Shown here: one piece after another, positions 8,922 through 13,883 of the stretch
Numbering within the stretch: the stretch's first letter is position 1
Layout of the letters: every line of letters starts with the position of its first letter
NCBI GenBank assembly: GCA_964035545.1
Contig: CAXIUT010000166.1
Span: 1 to 13,883, forward strand
DNA from: Bugula neritina
Taxonomy: Eukaryota > Animalia > Bryozoa
Reading direction: 5' to 3'
DNA: 13,883 nt
Notes under the pieces: model-generated
What the model was told of the DNA's origin: nothing
The model's database searches: none
Seen by the model: the letters and a program-made list of their open reading frames with translations, nothing else
Program-made: the position numbers and the translations under genes

Positions 8922-11900
8922 TCAAAAACGCATCAACTGCACCAGCTCATCCAAATTGATTATACGAGTTATCGATGGCTGTATTGATTTACCTTTGCCA
9001 ATCATGTAAATCTTGTTGAAATGCTCAGTGAGTAATTTCTAGTTAGGCATTATATCAGGTAGTAGTAAATAATTTCTTTGATTTATTCCGTACTTGAAAT
9101 TAACCTTATTAACCTTTTACATATGATAATACACCTCGGACAACTTATTGTACTTTATCAATTAAAACCTCCCAGGAAATTAAATATCAAGTTTGCCCTC
9201 AACTGCCACATACCGATTATGATAATAAAAATGGTCTCTACTAAACATCTTCTTCCTATTCTATTCACTATAATGCGCATATTTCAGTATATCAGTATAA
9301 TCAGTTATTTCCTCAGGATTGTTGATAAAAGTTACATTCGGATGACGCATTATCAACTCGTCATTGTTCAATATATTACTTATCAAACATATCAACTTGC
9401 AACTCTCAATTGAAAACGATGGATTAAACTATTTGTATATTGATAGCAACTTTAACAAGTCAGGTAACTCACTCTAGTCGCATAGCAAGTATAGTCTAGT
9501 GAGGCGAGGTAGCTAGCAATAGTAAAAATCTATAATTTAGCTGGTAAACTAATTTTAAACCTTTTAAAGAATAAATTCACTACCAATAAATTTATCAGCT
9601 ATCAAAGATATCTAACTTTTACGATTGCAATAAGCAACATACTGATACAATTTAGCATCAACCATTATTTTTTAAACTAAAGATAAATAACTCAACTGGT
9701 CTATTCTTATTCTTCTATTTTATTAACTTATCTCAAGTATCGTCTCTCTAGATTTCTAAATAACAACAATAAAATAGTCATCAGGCAGTATTTTAGGATT
9801 AATCAGTCCCATATGATTTTTAATTGTTATTATAAATCCAGCATCGTAATAATCTTGAACCTTATCAGGTCGAATACATTCAAACATATTTTCTATACTG
9901 CTAAAATTCTATATCTTGTCATTAGCAGTCCCTATATAATTTTTAACCATTTCATTGAGATACGATAGATCTTCATGTATTACAAAATGAAAGTTGTTAA
10001 ATCGAGTATCTATATGAAATAACTTATTCTTTTATGCCTGAATATATTCCTCGCCCATCAATAATCTATTCAACACATTTTTCTTGTTATTATCTGGAGG
10101 CTTATATATACCACTCTTCAACTTGCTCTGCTAAAATATCATAGAAGGGTCAAATTTCTACTATCTTGGTGATTTCACTCCGAAACGCATATTGTTTCTA
10201 CGTAAAATACTACCATCGGAATGCAACTCAGACATGCGACTAAACATGCTCTAATTCATAGCATTCGATGAAGGCTTCATCTGATTCATACGACGTTGCT
10301 ATGGCTTAGTTTAAGCCTTAGGAGCGAGAGGAGATATCGGCTGAACCCTCCTCATAGGATTTGCTTCTTTAGATTTTGAATTTTGATTTGAAGTGTGAAC
10401 TGATATACTTCGCTTGCTACCTGATTAGTTTGCATTTGACTTTTTATCGCTTTATTGTATTCTATATAAGTCAGGAGATTTAGAATGCTGAAAAGGATAG
10501 TTTGAGTAATATTCAATATTTTTAGGTTAATTGTGGTTTTGTTGTCTTATGTTGGGATTATTATGAAAACTACCTTGGATTTATTTTTGAGGTTAACTGT
10601 TTTTTCTACGATATACAACAACTCCATCTTTTTCTATTCTTTAAAAGCCTTCAAAATTCTTATTAAAAGAAGGATGAAAAACACGATGAGACTCTTTTAC
10701 TCTTTACTAGAAGGAATAAAATCATTGGCATTTTTTATCTGATTATTCTGAATACTGACCTTTTTTGGCTCCTACTATCTAACTTAAGCAGGTACATAAT
10801 TCTGTCTTTGAACAGTTCTAGTCACAATAGGACTAATCTCATTCTTTTTTCGATTCGACAATGACCTTCCTTAGTTCTTCACTGTCTCATCTTGATCTTC
10901 ATTCTTTGACTATTAGATATGGTTATTTGGTCTTACAAATTATTCTTTTATTTTGTCCTTTAAAACTTGTTCACTTTCATACGATTGATAAGTCCGTACT
11001 GAAGGAATATGATTGTTTACTTTTGAAAATTATACCTCTCAACTTTAACTTCTTCAGGACTGATAACATCCATCTTTTTGATTACTCGAGGAGATCTATA
11101 TTACCCTCCAGAACTATTATTTGAAGAGACAGTATTTTTTCTTTAATCATTAAGTTTATTATAAAAAGATTCAGTTCCAGAAGCAGAATATTCCATGTAT
11201 TTAGGTCCTATTTTGGTCATATTAGGACTTTATATTTTATTTTAAGAAGTAAATTTCTCATTACTTCTCAAACTCAAAGAATTCTGACTCATATCCTGAC
11301 GATAACTATTACTATTTGATACTCGATAAGTATTTTCTTAAAGTTTCTCTCGAGTACCCTTCTTCTCGCTTTGAAAGTAGTTATAGCTTGATAAATTATT
11401 TCTGATAGTTCTTGCACTAACATCACCTTCAATATTCATCATAGATGACTTGTTAGAACCACGGTATTACTCACTCACCTAGTGTATTATGTTTGATGGA
11501 TAGTTCTTGTTCTTTTGGTCATATGAAAACATAGGCTGAATGGGAAGTGCTTCTCTTTGAGGTATTTATGACTCCAAACGTCTTATAGGTGAGATGATTG
11601 CTCTATCAAGTTGATAATTATCTTGTGATGAATTTGGAGTTGTTTCGTATCCTTGATATGTTTTTTATATTTCTCTAGGTTGAGGACTAGTATCCCCTAT
11701 TTCTTGTCTTAGTTCTTAATTAGAATTTTTTGGACTTTTAATTTTTTTAATTTTCTTTTTTTATACAAACTAATCCAAATTAGTACATGAATCAAATATT
11801 TAATAAGTAACAAATTTATTACTTTTACTTTATTTTTAAATTTTCCAATGTTTAACTAACTTACTTTCAATAAGAGTTCCTGATCTCCATGTACTTTTAA

Positions 11901-12925
11901 AAATATTATTAGTTGATGAAAAATCAGAATCATCTTTCATTATCTTATTCATCATGTTTTTAAAATCAGTACTTGAAAAAGAATATCTCTGAGATAACTT
12001 TTTTTACTAGTTTTTCAGAGGAGGTATCCTAAAACCATTTTCTTTCAAAAATTTGATCAACATCTGAGGATCCGATGCAACCATTACGACATGTTGATCC
12101 AAATATGCATTATTAGGTTTTAAATTAGTCAAAAGAATAAGATCATAGTGATTTATGTTATGTTTTCTTAAATAGTCAAGCGTCCTATTGACTTTTTAAT
12201 TAGTATTAGTCAAAATTAAATACTTTTCTTTATTTATAAGTTCAGACTTTATAGTTCTTAAATAACATAAAAAGGTTTAGTTTTTTCCATCTGCTCTAAT
12301 GAATTAATAACCATCTCATAATTAAAACTGGTTGATTTTTACTAATTATGTCCCAAATTTTAAACCTGATAAAATACTTTCTAATACTGTACCGGAAGAG
12401 CAATCTTGAAGACATCAGCTGATTTATAAGTATTGAGATTTTTTTACTTTGATGATCCTAGAGAACGAATACTTCTCAATTGAATTCTAATATTCTATCT
12501 TTTAAAACTTTCTCACAAAAGTCAACAATTTCCTCAACAGAATATAAACACTGATATCTTACATTAAATGGCTACCCAGAATAATATTGTAAAGTAACGT
12601 TCTCTTCAATATCTCCAAAATTATACCCCTTTGGAAATATGGTCGAATTTCCACCGCCTTCCTACTGACCCACCTCGATCAAACAAACCACCTTCCTGTC
12701 ATTCGCATTTTTATTCCTAATTATCGACTAAAAAACAGTATGTTCCTAGTGAAGTTGATAAGTTATCGATCTTTTTGCCAACTCAGATGGGAGTTCAGAA
12801 AATTTTGAATTATGGTAGTTTTTGGAAAATATGTGAACCTGCACAAATTCAATTGGACGGCTACGAGGAGACTCAACGTTGAGATGAGAATTAAGTCTTT
12901 GAATAGCTGAATCAGGAGTCTTCAT
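8922..12925 (-). CDS. Large unknown protein (~1300+ aa): alpha/beta-like N-terminal part, S/P/R-rich disordered middle, folded C-terminal region; frame broken at 4 or more points; start may be ATG 13040
   Basis: Consecutive overlapping TGA-free coding-like segments at about 12925-12476, 12512-12210, 12315-~11030, 11038-~10695 and 10721-8922. Each is offset by -1 from the one before. Exon or recoding structure is unresolved. Confidence 0.6.
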
Positions 12926-13122
12926 TATGCCTACTTTTCTCTTAAGTTAAGATTATCAAGCAGTTCATTATATAATATGGAAACAACATATTCTAACCGT
13001 TAATTCCACCAAGTACCTAATCAATACTAAATATTATCATCAATCCCACTCTTATTCTTCTATAACTATCTAAAATATCAACTATATATTGAAGTATAAA
13101 ATATATTAACAACAAACGCCAA

Positions 13123-13883
13123 TCACATATATTTGACCTATTTTCTCATATTTAAATAGTCTATTTTTCTCAACTTGCTTTACCCGTAATCTGTCAAAGT
13201 ATTATGAGCAAAATTAACTGATTATCCTTTAGATTTATTCTCAATAAACCTAAAGAAAATTAACAAGTTGTGAAAAGCCTACAACTTTTCGTTAAGATAT
13301 TACTCCTAACGACTGTCGTTTATGATCGAATTCAACAAATCATTGTTTGATTTTACTACGCTTACTAAATACTACTTCAACTTCTTGTAAAAGTCTATGT
13401 TCAAAGTTTGACCTGATATCGTAAACTCTTTGAATTTGCTATTAACAAATCGAATCGTCTTGATATCTATTGTCTTTATATAATCCAAATAAGTCTTTTC
13501 ATATTTAGCTGAATTCTCTTCTATCTCATTTTGCACAAGACTATACTGATCTTGTTATTTATACTAATCAAATCGAACTAATCTCTTAGTAGCTGATTTT
13601 CCATTCTATAAAGTCTTCATCAACTTCAAAAGATATTTCAAAAGCACCATCATGAATATGTTTTTTTCTTATGGCTTCAAAAGAAAGCAATCAATGTGTT
13701 CAATCATATAATATACAAATTTGCAATGATTAAGATAGGCTACCAGTATACTATTATTATTATTGATATAATCTTGCTTTTGATTTATATTTTCAGCTCT
13801 ATAGCTATATGAATGAGCAAATAGGTCGCTCACTAACTGACTAGGAGCATTTTCATTCCAAGTAAAATCATACTTTGATAGTT
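13123..13883 (-). CDS. C-terminal ~250 aa of an unknown, probably helical protein (5' end outside the window)
   Basis: TGA-free frame from the window edge (LSKYDFTWNENAPSQLVSDLF...ILVAYLNHCKFVYYMIEHIDCFLLKPEEKNIFMMVLLKYLLKL...) to TGA 13125-13123. Confidence 0.82.

Noticed and set aside
3331-11124. Remaining short track ORFs (3331, 3994, 4065, 4520, 4780, 4878, 9078, 10533, 10861)
   Set aside because: Alternative-frame or antisense overlaps of longer genes that appear under TAR=Glu.
12316-12417. In-frame TGA read as Trp, Cys or Sec in the long minus-strand gene
   Set aside because: An adjacent frame is open and more coding-like across these TGAs, so a frame change explains them better. Trp is TGG in the conserved genes.
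12977-13207. Plus-strand 76-aa ORF METTYSNREF...
   Set aside because: It overlaps the 3' end of the minus-strand gene and the probable 5' end of the next one, and has no recognisable features.
1-13883. CRISPR arrays, tRNA/rRNA genes, transposons, prokaryotic operons
   Set aside because: No repeat-spacer array, cloverleaf, rRNA-like tract, terminal inverted repeats or transposase motifs were seen, and the window is almost fully occupied by eukaryotic CDS.

Overview
This is the left end of a ciliate macronuclear chromosome, not prokaryotic DNA. About 15 CCCCAA (C4A2) telomere repeats are followed by eight tightly packed protein-coding genes separated by mostly 60-110 nt. The supplied standard-code ORF track misses nearly all of them because TAA and TAG are sense codons here. 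Conserved positions in proteasome alpha-6 and a HAD-like protein, plus an E/R/K helix, show they encode glutamate and that TGA is the only stop. This matches the peritrich nuclear code (NCBI table 30), so a peritrich ciliate is the likely source (inference). Recognisable genes are histone H2A (SQ tail), 20S proteasome alpha-6/PSMA1 and an FDWDDT-type HAD-like protein; five others are unknown. Five GTA...TAG introns of only 19-21 nt are supported. All eight gene-terminal stops are TGA-T, and four promoters share an inverted CCAAT box. One ~4 kb minus-strand gene has at least four same-direction (-1/+2) frame breaks. These could be recoding, atypical introns, decay or homopolymer sequencing error. 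All translations were done by hand.
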